Source: Coriobacteriaceae bacterium (GTDB taxonomy: Bacteria > Actinomycetota > Coriobacteriia > Anaerosomatales > SLCP01). Taken from it: DNA of 64,000 nucleotides. Made by a program: the position numbers and the translations under genes. Location of the stretch: positions 25,504 to 89,503 of the forward strand of contig PWVH01000128.1 of assembly GCA_003563465.1 (NCBI GenBank), in the 5' to 3' direction. Below are positions 55,748 through 64,000 of the stretch, one piece after another. Numbering within the stretch: the stretch's first letter is position 1; every line of letters begins with the position of its first letter. Under the pieces are notes generated by a model, which saw nothing but the letters and a program-made list of their open reading frames with translations, was not told where the DNA came from and did not search any database.

Positions 55748-56455
55748 TCAGTCGTGAGCAGCAGCACGTATGATCGCCAACACCTCGCCCACGTCGGCAT
55801 TGGCTATGGGCGTGAGCAGAACGAGAGCGCGGGAATGGTCGATCACGCCTGCATTTAGAAGAGAGCGGATCGCCTCAAGATTCTCTAGGGATATGGTACG
55901 CACCTGGTCGTAAAGACGACGTTGCCTGATGGCGACCTTGAAGATATCGGCGCTCTGTTGTGAGTCCACGACGAGCAAGCAAGTGGCATCAGGCACACCA
56001 CCGGCTTCGAGGACACCGGCGACCTTGTCGACCAAGTCGGTCGCAGCAGCATAGGAGAGGTCGTGCTCGACCACGCGTGTAAGAACAGAGACACCCGTTG
56101 GCGATTCCCATATCCCCCCTGATTCGACGTCGAAACCGAGCGCCATTGCTATGCTTTCAACCCTGGCGCGAAGCCCCGCTCGACCGGGGCGGTCGGTGGA
56201 ATCTCCCCCGTGCTGGGAGTCCGGTTCCTCTTCGGTTGGAGATCGCTCGACGGTCTCGGTCGCTCTGCGTACCTGATCGGCGTCTAGGAAGTTACGGATG
56301 TCGCTCGCTAGTGCGTCTCCGGCCTCCATCGTCAAGACCTCGGCGATCCGCCGGTTCTTGACTTTCAGTTGCATGCCGAAGAGCTCGAGGACTGTCGTCT
56401 CGTCCTCGCCATGCGGCACTTCAGCCCCATTAGTCGTTCCCTCGTGGTGACTCAT
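55748..56455 (-). CDS. hypothetical protein
   Basis: 235 aa from ATG 56453-56455, with GGAGGGG 5 nt upstream. I recognise no family. It has an acidic, disordered middle and a C-terminal alpha/beta-looking region of about 130 aa. Confidence 0.55.
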   Translation of the reverse strand: MSHHEGTTNGAEVPHGEDETTVLELFGMQLKVKNRRIAEVLTMEAGDALASDIRNFLDADQVRRATETVERSPTEEEPDSQHGGDSTDRPGRAGLRARVESIAMALGFDVESGGIWESPTGVSVLTRVVEHDLSYAAATDLVDKVAGVLEAGGVPDATCLLVVDSQQSADIFKVAIRQRRLYDQVRTISLENLEAIRSLLNAGVIDHSRALVLLTPIANADVGEVLAIIRAAAHD

Positions 56456-56590
56456 TTCGCCCCTCCAAACGGTATTGCAATCGAACTTCAACCGTTTGCG
56501 CCTTCTCGCATTGTATACGACCGCACGGCAGAAAGCGGATGCCTCTCACTACTCTGCCGAAGCCGTTTATCAAATCGAACAAAGGGTCCC

Positions 56591-56619
56591 TTGTGAGGGT
56601 ACTTGCCATCTGCTAGGGT
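56591..56619 (+). promoter_or_regulatory. orphan plus-strand promoter (drives candidate sRNA 2)
   Basis: TTGTGA (56591-56596), a 17-nt spacer, then TAGGGT (56614-56619). Confidence 0.4.
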
Positions 56620-56625
56620 ATGACA

Positions 56626-56740
56626 CCCGCCTCGCGAGGCGTGGAGGAGACCAACGGTCCACGGCTGATAGCCACAGGGTGGCGAGAGCCCACTGGACAC
56701 GGAGGAGGCCCCGGCGTCTGCCGAGGCCTCCTCGTTGTTT
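56626..56740 (+). ncRNA. candidate ~115-nt small RNA, class unassigned
   Basis: It is bounded by the promoter above and a strong terminator with a plus-strand U-tract. Internal hairpins are CGCCT-CGCG-AGGCG and GTCCA...TGGAC, the latter enclosing GGC-TGATA-GCC and GGG...CCC. No plausible ORF is present. Confidence 0.3.
56700..56740. terminator. strong intrinsic terminator (U-tract on plus strand; hairpin also placed right after the ribH stop)
   Basis: GAGGAGGCC-C-CGGC-GTCT-GCCG-A-GGCCTCCTC followed by GTTGTTTTAG. On the minus strand the same hairpin follows ribH but has no U-tail. Confidence 0.75.
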
Positions 56741-56755
56741 TAGCAGGTAGAAAGG

Positions 56756-57223
56756 TTAATCGAGCGTCTTGTAAAGGTTGGCTGTCTCGATTGCCGCCAG
56801 TGCAGCGTCCCATCCTTTGTTTCCTGCTTTGGTGCCGGAACGCTCCACCGCCTGTTCGATGGTGTCGGCCGTTATCACTCCGAACATCACTGGTACTCCA
56901 GTTTCGCGATTCGCGTGCCCGATTCCTTTGGCGACCTCGGAGGCGACGTAGTCGAAGTGTGGTGTGCCGCCGCGGATGATGACAGCTAGAGCGACGATCG
57001 CATCGTATCTGCCCGTTGCCGCCATCTTGCGCGCCACAGGCGGCATCTCGAATGCGCCAGGGACCCAGGCGACGTCGACGTTCTTCGACTCGACACCGTG
57101 ACGTTCGAGCGCATCTTTCGCTCCAGAAAGAAGACGGCTGGAGAGCAGTTCGTTGAAGCGGCTGACGACGACTCCGACTCTTAGCCCGGTCCCGATGAGG
57201 TTTCCTTCGAACACGCTCATCAC
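56756..57223 (-). CDS. ribH: 6,7-dimethyl-8-ribityllumazine synthase
   Basis: 155 aa with [16 protein letters not shown] and TPHFDYV. Confidence 0.95.
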   Translation of the reverse strand: MMSVFEGNLIGTGLRVGVVVSRFNELLSSRLLSGAKDALERHGVESKNVDVAWVPGAFEMPPVARKMAATGRYDAIVALAVIIRGGTPHFDYVASEVAKGIGHANRETGVPVMFGVITADTIEQAVERSGTKAGNKGWDAALAAIETANLYKTLD

Positions 57224-58476
57224 AAATCCCTCCTGTTCGGTGACGCATCACTCGGAAGGCACAGAGTGTGCGCCATCTTCTCCCGTTTCGTCCTAAGATA
57301 TGCGAGGTTCTCCTGACAGGCTGGAACCTCGAGCGGAACCTGCTCGGTTATGGTGAGGCCATGGCCCTCCAAACCGACGATCTTGGTAGGGTTGTTCGTC
57401 ATCAGGCGCATCGAGGTCAGACCGAGGTCTGCGAGTATCTGTGCACCGATACCGTAGTCACGAAGATCCGGAGCGAAACCGAGAGCCTCGTTCGCCTCGA
57501 CCGTATCGGCGCCAGCCTCCTGCAGCTCGTAGGCACGAAGCTTGTTGGCCAATCCGATACCTCGGCCTTCGTGTCCTACGATGTAGAGAATGACTCCCCT
57601 TCCCTCTTGCTGGACGCGGCACATCGCTTCCTCGAGCTGAGGGCCACAGTCACAGCGAAGGCTTTGGAATACGTCACCTGTCAGGCACTCGGAGTGGACT
57701 CGCACCAACACGTCAGAGGCTCCGGCGACGTCACCGGCCACTAAAGCGATGTGCGTCGATGCGTCGACATTCGACGTGTACCCATGGGCGGTGAACTCCC
57801 CGTGCTCAGTCGGCAGGTGGATGGTAGAGGTTCGTTCGACCAAGCGCTCGGTCCGACTGCGGTAACCTATGAGATCGGCTACGGTGACCATAAGCAGACC
57901 ATGCTCGGCAGCGAACGACTCGAGTTCGGCGCGACGGGCCATGGTGCCGTCTTCGTTCATGATCTCGCAGATCACGCCTGCGGGGTAAAGGCCGGCGAGC
58001 CGGGCAAGATCTACTGCCGCCTCGGTGTGCCCAGCTCTCTCGAGGACTCCCCCAGGCTTTGCGCGAAGAGGAAAGACATGGCCCGGCATGGAGATGTCGT
58101 CAGGACCGGTTTGAGGGGCTATGACGGCAAGCACCGTGGCTGCGCGGTCTGCCGCTGATATCCCGGTCGTGATGCGATGTTTAGCGCCGATCGAGACGTG
58201 AAAAGCCGTTGCGTGCTCGGACGTGTTGGTCTGAGTCATAGGAGGTATCCGAAGCTCGTCGAGACGTTCTCCCGTCAGCGGCAAACAGATGAGTCCTCGC
58301 CCGTAGGTCGCCATGAAGTTCACGGTGTCGGGAGTCGTCTTCTCCGCGGCTATGACGAGGTCTCCCTCGTTCTCGCGGTCTTCGTCGTCTACGACGATTA
58401 CCATGCGCCCCGAAGCAATCTCGGCTAGAGCGTCGTCGATACTGGCGAAGACAGATCGCTCCTTGGGGTAAGACAC
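57220..58476 (-). CDS. ribBA: bifunctional 3,4-dihydroxy-2-butanone-4-phosphate synthase / GTP cyclohydrolase II
   Basis: Contains [14 protein letters not shown] and the CxC zinc site [19 protein letters not shown]. 418 aa. Confidence 0.95.
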   Translation of the reverse strand: MSYPKERSVFASIDDALAEIASGRMVIVVDDEDRENEGDLVIAAEKTTPDTVNFMATYGRGLICLPLTGERLDELRIPPMTQTNTSEHATAFHVSIGAKHRITTGISAADRAATVLAVIAPQTGPDDISMPGHVFPLRAKPGGVLERAGHTEAAVDLARLAGLYPAGVICEIMNEDGTMARRAELESFAAEHGLLMVTVADLIGYRSRTERLVERTSTIHLPTEHGEFTAHGYTSNVDASTHIALVAGDVAGASDVLVRVHSECLTGDVFQSLRCDCGPQLEEAMCRVQQEGRGVILYIVGHEGRGIGLANKLRAYELQEAGADTVEANEALGFAPDLRDYGIGAQILADLGLTSMRLMTNNPTKIVGLEGHGLTITEQVPLEVPACQENLAYLRTKREKMAHTLCLPSDASPNRRDL

Positions 58477-58481
58477 CGGTA

Positions 58482-59150
58482 TCAGCCTCCGTCGGTGAGA
58501 TCGCGTAGCATCTCGCCGAGCCCTCGGCGTCCCGGGCGCAAGGACACATCGTCGTCCATCGCGTAGAGCTCTACGAAACGTCTCACGTACTTGGCCATCG
58601 TGTCGACCTCGATGTTGACTTTGGCGCCTACTGGCTTATCCCCCAGCGTGGTGGTCGTCTCCGTATGAGGAATCACGGAGGCGGCGAAGGAGTCCGCATG
58701 TGTCTGAGCTACAGTCAACGATATCCCGTCCACAGCGATCGAGCCTTTGGGGATTACGTATTCCAAGAGCTCGACGGGGACCGAGAACTGATAGACAGTG
58801 GAGTTACCTGCCGGATGACGCATGAGGAGCGCGCCGACTCCATCTACGTGCCCAGTCACGATGTGACCACCGAGGCGATCAGACAGACGTAAGGCGCGTT
58901 CGAGGTTGACCTTCGTTCCCTGACGCATGCCAGAAAGGGTAGTGCTCTGCAACGTCTCATCGCTAACGTCCGCTATGAATGCTCCTCGGATGAATCTCAC
59001 CACCGTCAGGCAAGCCCCGTCCAACGCGATTGAATCGCCGATTGACATGTCGCGACCGAACTCGGGTGCGTAGACCTCGACTCTCATACCACCGCCGATG
59101 CGTTCGACTCGGGTTATGATGCCCTCTGACTCGACGAGTCCCGTGAACAT
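58482..59150 (-). CDS. ribE: riboflavin synthase alpha chain
   Basis: It begins MFTGLVE and has the duplicated barrel repeats GDSIALDGACLTV and KGSIAVDGISLTV. The start is set at ATG codon 7. Confidence 0.92.
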   Translation of the reverse strand: MFTGLVESEGIITRVERIGGGMRVEVYAPEFGRDMSIGDSIALDGACLTVVRFIRGAFIADVSDETLQSTTLSGMRQGTKVNLERALRLSDRLGGHIVTGHVDGVGALLMRHPAGNSTVYQFSVPVELLEYVIPKGSIAVDGISLTVAQTHADSFAASVIPHTETTTTLGDKPVGAKVNIEVDTMAKYVRRFVELYAMDDDVSLRPGRRGLGEMLRDLTDGG

Positions 59151-59186
59151 CTGTCGCATCCTCTCCAATCCCGGCGCGCTGTGCGC

Positions 59187-60290
59187 CTATCCAGTCGGAC
59201 GCCAGAGCGTCACGGCTTCGCCACCTGAGATCCCAGCTTCTATCGCTCTCAGCTCCCGCGGTAAGGCCGACACATCTTCGGATTCTGCTCCCAGATACAT
59301 ACCCGGTGCGGAAGAACCGGCGAAGCCACCCGCATGAACGAGAACGATTTCATCAATGAGGCCATCTTCCCAAAACGCGGTGAACAGGCCAGCCCCGGGT
59401 TCGACAAGAACACGGCGGACTCCAAGCTCGGCAAGCACGATGAGAGCGGCACGTGGTCCGGCAGCGGAGTCATACTCCATCACATCGACTTCATCCGGCA
59501 GGGCTACCTCGGTGGCTCTGTCTCGCGATACCAAGAGCAGTGTAGGTGCGCGGCCGTCAGTATACATGGAGGCACATTGCGGCAGAGCTTCACGGCAAAG
59601 AACTGCTCGCAAAGGCTGCCGAGTCATGTCAGAGCCGTCGGCGTCACGAACCGTAAGTAGTGGATCGTCGACAGCGACTGTTCGAGCGCCGACTAAAACA
59701 GCGTCTGCAGTGGCTCGCAAGCGCATAGTCACAGAGCGTCCGCCATCGCCAGTCATACGGGTCCTGACACCAGGCGCGCCGGCGACCTTACCATCCAATG
59801 ACAAGGCGAGCTTGACAGTAACCCATGGCAGACCGGTCCGAAGATGTTTGAGCCACGCTTCGTTGAGCTCCTCGAAAGGAGCAGAGTCTCTTGCGAAGGA
59901 GACATCGACACCCGCTTCTTCGAGCAAGCGAGCACCGCCGCTTGCAAGGGGCGTAGGGTCCGGCATCCCTGCGACAACGCGAGCGATACCTGCTCTAGCG
60001 AGTGCGATCGCGCACGGTGGAGTGGCGCCGTGGTGGGCACAAGGTTCGAGAGTCACGTAAGCAGTGGCTCCACGAGCGGTGTCGCCGGCGGCTCGAAGAG
60101 CGACCTCCTCCGCATGGGGCTCCCCAGCACGCTCATGCCAGCCCTCGCCGAGGACACGTCCGTCTCTAGCGATAACACATCCGACGAGAGGGTTAGGCAA
60201 TGTGGTACCACGACCGAGTTCGGCAAGATGTGCGGCGCGACGCAGGTGTGGATCGTCGACTGACGCAAACGCGTCGGAGAACAAGCGCAT
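59187..60290 (-). CDS. ribD: bifunctional riboflavin deaminase/reductase RibD
   Basis: The deaminase site is HAEEVAL...PCAHHGATPPC, and a reductase C-terminal half follows. The start is moved to ATG 60288-60290 because the 32-codon ORF-track extension overlaps the FMN riboswitch. Confidence 0.92.
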   Translation of the reverse strand: MRLFSDAFASVDDPHLRRAAHLAELGRGTTLPNPLVGCVIARDGRVLGEGWHERAGEPHAEEVALRAAGDTARGATAYVTLEPCAHHGATPPCAIALARAGIARVVAGMPDPTPLASGGARLLEEAGVDVSFARDSAPFEELNEAWLKHLRTGLPWVTVKLALSLDGKVAGAPGVRTRMTGDGGRSVTMRLRATADAVLVGARTVAVDDPLLTVRDADGSDMTRQPLRAVLCREALPQCASMYTDGRAPTLLLVSRDRATEVALPDEVDVMEYDSAAGPRAALIVLAELGVRRVLVEPGAGLFTAFWEDGLIDEIVLVHAGGFAGSSAPGMYLGAESEDVSALPRELRAIEAGISGGEAVTLWRPTG

Positions 60291-60304
60291 AATCCCGTGC
60301 CCGT

Positions 60305-60422
60305 CCTTCCTTCTCCCATCCAGACTCTCACTGTCGGCCCCGGGAATTCTCCGGGTCGGCCCCTGTTGGGGTTCGCGGGCTGTCACCGCCGGTGGGGAGT
60401 TTCACCCCGCCCTGAAGAAAAG
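60305..60422 (-). promoter_or_regulatory. FMN riboswitch (RFN element)
   Basis: Minus strand reads CTTCAGGGCGGGGTGAAACTCCCCACCGGCGGTGACAGCCCGCGAACC...GGGGCCGACCCGGAGAATTCCCGGGGCCGACAGTGAGAGTCTGGATGGGAGAAGGAAGG. This is a near-consensus RFN element directly upstream of ribD. A TACAAT -10-like hexamer lies at 60431-60436. Confidence 0.92.
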
Positions 60423-60436
60423 ATGTGCATATTGTA

Positions 60437-61129
60437 TTACAAGACGCTCTGGCCTGCTTCTCGGATAGCCTCCATAGCAGCGACGGGATCGTCTTCACAG
60501 AAGACAGCGCTACCTGCAACAAGCACACGAGCGCCAGCTTGGACCACCTTCGGGGCGGTTCGAGTATCGATGCCGCCGTCGACTTGAATCAGCGGAGACG
60601 CACCCTCCCCAGCGCACAACGCTGCAAGGCGCAGAACCTTCTCGGTGGAGCGAGGGATGAAGGATTGTCCTCCGAAGCCGGGATTCACGCTCATGATGAG
60701 TACGAGATCTACATCGCTGACGATGTCGCCCAGGACTTCTACCGGGGTGGCTGGATTCAGACTGACTCCGGCTTTCGCGCCACTAGTCTTGATGGTCTGC
60801 AAAACGCGGTGGAGATGTTCGCAGGCTTCTGCGTGGACCGTTATCCAGTCAGCGCCGGCGTCCAGGTACCAGTCGACACTATCCTCAGCGTTTTCGATCA
60901 TCAGATGAACGTCGAGCGGGACGGTCGCGACACGCTTCAGCGCCTTTATTACCGGAGGACCTATCGTGAGGTTCGGTACGTAGTGTCCGTCCATCACGTC
61001 GACATGGATCAGGTCTGCGCCGCCTTCTTGGACAAGATCGACCGCCTTGCCGAGTTCCGTGAAATCAGCTGACAGAATCGATGGGGCCATTAGGACGCGC
61101 TCTTCCATGAAGGATTCCTCCTCACTCAT
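60437..61129 (-). CDS. rpe: ribulose-phosphate 3-epimerase
   Basis: Contains MAPSILSADF, HVDVMDGHYVPN, VNPGFGGQ and VDGGI. The exact start (M1, M8 or M14) is uncertain. Confidence 0.93.
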   Translation of the reverse strand: MSEEESFMEERVLMAPSILSADFTELGKAVDLVQEGGADLIHVDVMDGHYVPNLTIGPPVIKALKRVATVPLDVHLMIENAEDSVDWYLDAGADWITVHAEACEHLHRVLQTIKTSGAKAGVSLNPATPVEVLGDIVSDVDLVLIMSVNPGFGGQSFIPRSTEKVLRLAALCAGEGASPLIQVDGGIDTRTAPKVVQAGARVLVAGSAVFCEDDPVAAMEAIREAGQSVL

Positions 61130-62141
61130 CGATCAAAGCCATTCCGTGTAGCTCATCGGTCGTGTCCCGGCCCATGAGCGCATCTACCGCTGAAGCGACG
61201 GGAGCGTTCTCATGGACAATCATGCGCACCTGATGTGCCACGGGCATCTCTATTCCGTGTTTGGAGCCCAGTTCGTCTACGCTGACACATGACATAGCGC
61301 CTTCGGCAACCATGTGTGTCTTCTCCTCGAACTCCTCGGCACTGCCTCCGTTCGCGATGTGTTCTCCGAGCGCGCGGTTACGGCTGTGTCTCGAGGTGCA
61401 CGTCACGATCAGGTCGCCCATGCCCGCGAGTCCCATGTATGTTAAAGGATTGGCGCCTTCGACGTGTCCAAGCCTGCTCATCTCTGCAAGGCCACGCGTC
61501 ATCAGCGAAGCCTTGGTGTTGTCCCCGAAACCCAATCCATCCGACATGCCGGCTGCTACCGCTATCACGTTTTTCGATGCTCCAGCAAGCTCGACACCGA
61601 CGATGTCGGAGTTGGTGTACGCACGAAACGCAGGGGTCGTGAAGAGCTCCCGAAGCCATATTCCAAGCTTGGGCTCGTAGGCCGAGATTACGGTCGCGGA
61701 GGGTATGCCTCGGGAGACCTCCTCAGCATGGTTTGGCCCCGAGAGCGCGGCAAGTCTGCTCTCGTGGCCGAGGACATCGGTAAGCACCTGGGTCATCCGC
61801 ATCAGAGAATCAAGCTCGAGACCCTTGGCAAGGCTCACGACCGGGGTGTTTGGTGCCAGGAGGGGCTTGAGTGCGCTGGCGGCCTCGCGTACTGCTCGTG
61901 AAGGAGTGGCGATTATTACGATCTCTGCATCTCTAACGGCCTTTTCGAGATCCGTAGTCGCCCAGACCTTGGCGGGCAGTTCGATCTCGGTGAGATAGCT
62001 CGGATTGCGTCGGGTCATCGAGATGCCCTCTGCTATGCGAGCATTGCGGGCCCAGAGCGCAGTGTGTATACCCTTCTCAGCAAGCAGACGAGCGACCGCT
62101 GTACCCCACGAACCTGCTCCGATCACTACGACACTCGTCAC
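61122..62141 (-). CDS. gpsA: NAD(P)H-dependent glycerol-3-phosphate dehydrogenase
   Basis: Contains VIGAGSWGTAVA, GPNHAEEV and KNVIAVAAG. Confidence 0.95.
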   Translation of the reverse strand: MTSVVVIGAGSWGTAVARLLAEKGIHTALWARNARIAEGISMTRRNPSYLTEIELPAKVWATTDLEKAVRDAEIVIIATPSRAVREAASALKPLLAPNTPVVSLAKGLELDSLMRMTQVLTDVLGHESRLAALSGPNHAEEVSRGIPSATVISAYEPKLGIWLRELFTTPAFRAYTNSDIVGVELAGASKNVIAVAAGMSDGLGFGDNTKASLMTRGLAEMSRLGHVEGANPLTYMGLAGMGDLIVTCTSRHSRNRALGEHIANGGSAEEFEEKTHMVAEGAMSCVSVDELGSKHGIEMPVAHQVRMIVHENAPVASAVDALMGRDTTDELHGMALIDE

Positions 62142-62797
62142 TCGCCGTCCTCCTTCTCGGAAGGCTGCCTGCGGCGTCCGATTGATATCTTAGCCTCTTC
62201 ACCCTTGAAGATGCGCACGATGTTCTCTCGATGACGCCATAAGACAAGCCCAGAGGCGAGCAAGGAAAACACGAGGAAGGGCTCACGGTCGGGGTATAGC
62301 CACAACACGAGCAGAGGAAACTCGATGGCTATCACTACGGAGGCGAGGCTCACAATGCGGCTTGCCACGACGACTACGACGAATGTTGCGAGCAGAATAG
62401 GCCACGCTTGGGGCGTCAGCACGAGCAGCGCGCCTGCGGCGGTGGCGCCCCCCTTCCCGCCTCGCATGCGCAGATACGGCGAGTAGGAATGGCCGACGAC
62501 AGCTGCAAACATGGCGGCGATGAGAACCCAGTCCTTGGCTACCGTGTCCATTTGTGGCGGATGAAGCGCATGGGCAATGAGAACCGCTGCCGCACCCTTT
62601 ATCGCATCGAGAAGAAGTACAGCAGCGCCAGCCTTGGGACCGAGCACTCTGAACACGTTCGTAGCCCCAAGGTTGCCCGATCCATGCATGCGGACATCAA
62701 CCTGATAGAAGACCCTTCCTACGAGAAGCGCAAAGGGTATCCCGCCCAACAGATATGCTGCGCCGAGAACTAGCAGTATCCGTAGAGCACTATCCAT
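62138..62797 (-). CDS. plsY: glycerol-3-phosphate acyltransferase PlsY
   Basis: Polytopic membrane protein with HGSGNLGATNVFR and GGKGGAT. Confidence 0.93.
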   Translation of the reverse strand: MDSALRILLVLGAAYLLGGIPFALLVGRVFYQVDVRMHGSGNLGATNVFRVLGPKAGAAVLLLDAIKGAAAVLIAHALHPPQMDTVAKDWVLIAAMFAAVVGHSYSPYLRMRGGKGGATAAGALLVLTPQAWPILLATFVVVVVASRIVSLASVVIAIEFPLLVLWLYPDREPFLVFSLLASGLVLWRHRENIVRIFKGEEAKISIGRRRQPSEKEDGE

Positions 62798-62800
62798 CTA

Positions 62801-64000
62801 TCACTCCTTCTTCTTGAAGTGCAGGAGTATAGGAGTACCTGTGAAATCGAACGCCTCTCGGAGGCGATTCTCCACGTAACGCCTGAAAGAGGCGCTAACC
62901 AAGGTCGGGTGATTTGCGAAGAAGGTGAATCCAGGCGGTGCAGTGTGGGTCTGGGTCGCATAGTGGATACGCAGAGTACGGCTGCCTTTCGTCACGGTGT
63001 GGCCGAAATCGCGCATTTCGGTGAGAAGGCGATTGAGTGCGCTAGTCGTGAGCTGACTAGTGTAGTTGTGCCAGACCACGTCGATGGTGCTCCAAATGCG
63101 TCCGACCCTAGCGCCAGTGAGAGCGCTTATGCGAAGAACTGGAGCGTAGGAGACGAATCCAAGACGATCGCCGAGCTGATAGTCGATCTCGTCCTTCCAC
63201 TCCTGATCGTCGACTAAGTCCCACTTGTTCAGTAAGACGATCAGTCCGCACCCGCGTTCGGCTGCGAACCGAGCAACGCGCTGATCCTGATCGGTGATGC
63301 CGCTGGTGGCATCGATGACCAGCAGTGCGACGTCGGAACGGTCTATCGCACGCATGGCACGCACGAAACCGTAATACTCCACGTCTTTGTCGATTCGGGC
63401 CTTACGCCGGATGCCGGCGGTGTCGATGAACCTGTAGTGACGGCCTTCCCGCTCGACCACCACGTCCAGAGCGTCGCGAGTGGTGCCGGGTACTTCGCTG
63501 ACGATGGCGCGCTCGGCACCGGTCACGCGGTTCAGCAAGGAAGACTTTCCCGAATTCGGCTTGCCTATGATCGCGATATCGACCGCATCGGTCTCGCTCA
63601 CAGGCTCGACTGGCGGCAGCGCCCCGATGATCGCGTCGAGCAGGTCGCCCGTTCCGTGCCCGTGTGTCGCAGAAACCGGCCACGGTTCCCCGAGGCCAAG
63701 CGACCAGAACTCGTGGATTACGTCGTCTCGTCCGGGAGTGTCCACCTTGTTGACGGCCACAAAGGCAGGTATCCGTGCTCGTTTGAGCTTGCGGGCAACC
63801 TCGGTGTCGGCAGCAGTCACACCGGTTGTGCCGTCAACGAGCAGCAGGACTAAGTCAGCTTCGGCGGTGGCCAAGAGCGCCTGGGCAGTGACCGATTCCG
63901 CGAAAGGATCGCCGCTATCGTCTTCGATGCCACCAGTGTCGACGACCATGAATTCCCGTCCTGCCCACTCGGCTCGGTGATAGCTCCGATCGCGTGTTAC
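62801..64000 (-). CDS. der: ribosome-associated GTPase Der/EngA (N-terminus lies beyond window end)
   Basis: The frame stays open to position 64000 (VTRDRSYHRAEWAGREFMVVDTGG). The second G domain has GKPNSGKSSLLN, DTAG and NKWD. The C-terminus is KH-like. Confidence 0.93.
   Translation of the reverse strand, partial: VTRDRSYHRAEWAGREFMVVDTGGIEDDSGDPFAESVTAQALLATAEADLVLLLVDGTTGVTAADTEVARKLKRARIPAFVAVNKVDTPGRDDVIHEFWSLGLGEPWPVSATHGHGTGDLLDAIIGALPPVEPVSETDAVDIAIIGKPNSGKSSLLNRVTGAERAIVSEVPGTTRDALDVVVEREGRHYRFIDTAGIRRKARIDKDVEYYGFVRAMRAIDRSDVALLVIDATSGITDQDQRVARFAAERGCGLIVLLNKWDLVDDQEWKDEIDYQLGDRLGFVSYAPVLRISALTGARVGRIWSTIDVVWHNYTSQLTTSALNRLLTEMRDFGHTVTKGSRTLRIHYATQTHTAPPGFTFFANHPTLVSASFRRYVENRLREAFDFTGTPILLHFKKKE

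Noticed and set aside
56640-56700. GGCTGATAGCCAC in candidate sRNA 2 resembles the GGGCUGAUGGCCUCUAC segment of fluoride riboswitches. I also checked it for the SRP RNA domain IV.
   Set aside because: The 5' GGCGAUG...CGCC helix and pseudoknot partner are missing. No crcB-type or any other gene lies downstream on that strand. No GGAAGCAGC motif is present.
1-64000. Looked for CRISPR arrays, transposases, integrases, phage genes, toxin-antitoxin pairs, retron-like or other defence modules, and rRNA genes.
   Set aside because: None was found. The only repeats are the 36-bp intragenic duplication and short regulatory palindromes. All the large ORFs I could assign belong to housekeeping families.

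Overview
GC-rich, very gene-dense chromosomal core segment with about 70 CDS, and nearly all of them are on the minus strand. Gene order mirrors the Bacillus ylo-ylq housekeeping region read in reverse. From left to right it runs: trmD-rimM-KH-rpsP-ffh-lepB-ftsY-smc-rnc, a FAS-II/phospholipid block (fabF, FabK-like gene, acpP, fabG, fabD, fabK, fabH, plsX), rpmF-yceD-coaD-rsmD-recG, fakB/fakA/asp23, rpmB, an HD-GYP protein, thiN-thiT, a PASTA protein, glpX, rsmB-fmt-def-priA, metK, gltX, nfo, dinB, dnaE2, a DtxR-family regulator, queD-rnhA-DUF164-Nif3, a PHP phosphatase, mnmA-iscU-iscS-Rrf2, ribH-ribBA-ribE-ribD, and rpe-gpsA-plsY-der. RNA genes are tRNA-Gln(CTG), tRNA-Glu(CTC) and a type-A RNase P RNA. 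Three riboswitches can be read directly: TPP upstream of thiT-thiN, SAM-I upstream of metK, and FMN upstream of ribD. The lineage looks like a high-GC Gram-positive-type bacterium, either Actinomycetota/Coriobacteriia-like or a high-GC Bacillota. This cannot be settled without a database search. I see no CRISPR array, transposase, integrase, prophage or recognisable defence island, so most of the window is ordinary housekeeping DNA. The observations most worth a second look are: (1) an SOS-box-controlled dnaE2 preceded by a 139-aa protein that looks like a mini-ImuB (beta-clamp-like motif plus ImuB C-terminal-like domain), not by imuA/imuB; (2) two orphan plus-strand promoter-to-hairpin units in otherwise minus-strand territory that look like unclassified small RNAs; (3) a membrane PASTA protein fused to a catalytically degenerate amidase_3-like domain at the syntenic position of PrkC; (4) a very acidic, repeat-containing disordered protein with a C-terminal four-Cys knuckle. 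Family assignments come from motif recognition by eye. Several ORF-track starts were shortened where a better start, an RBS or an upstream RNA element argues for it.
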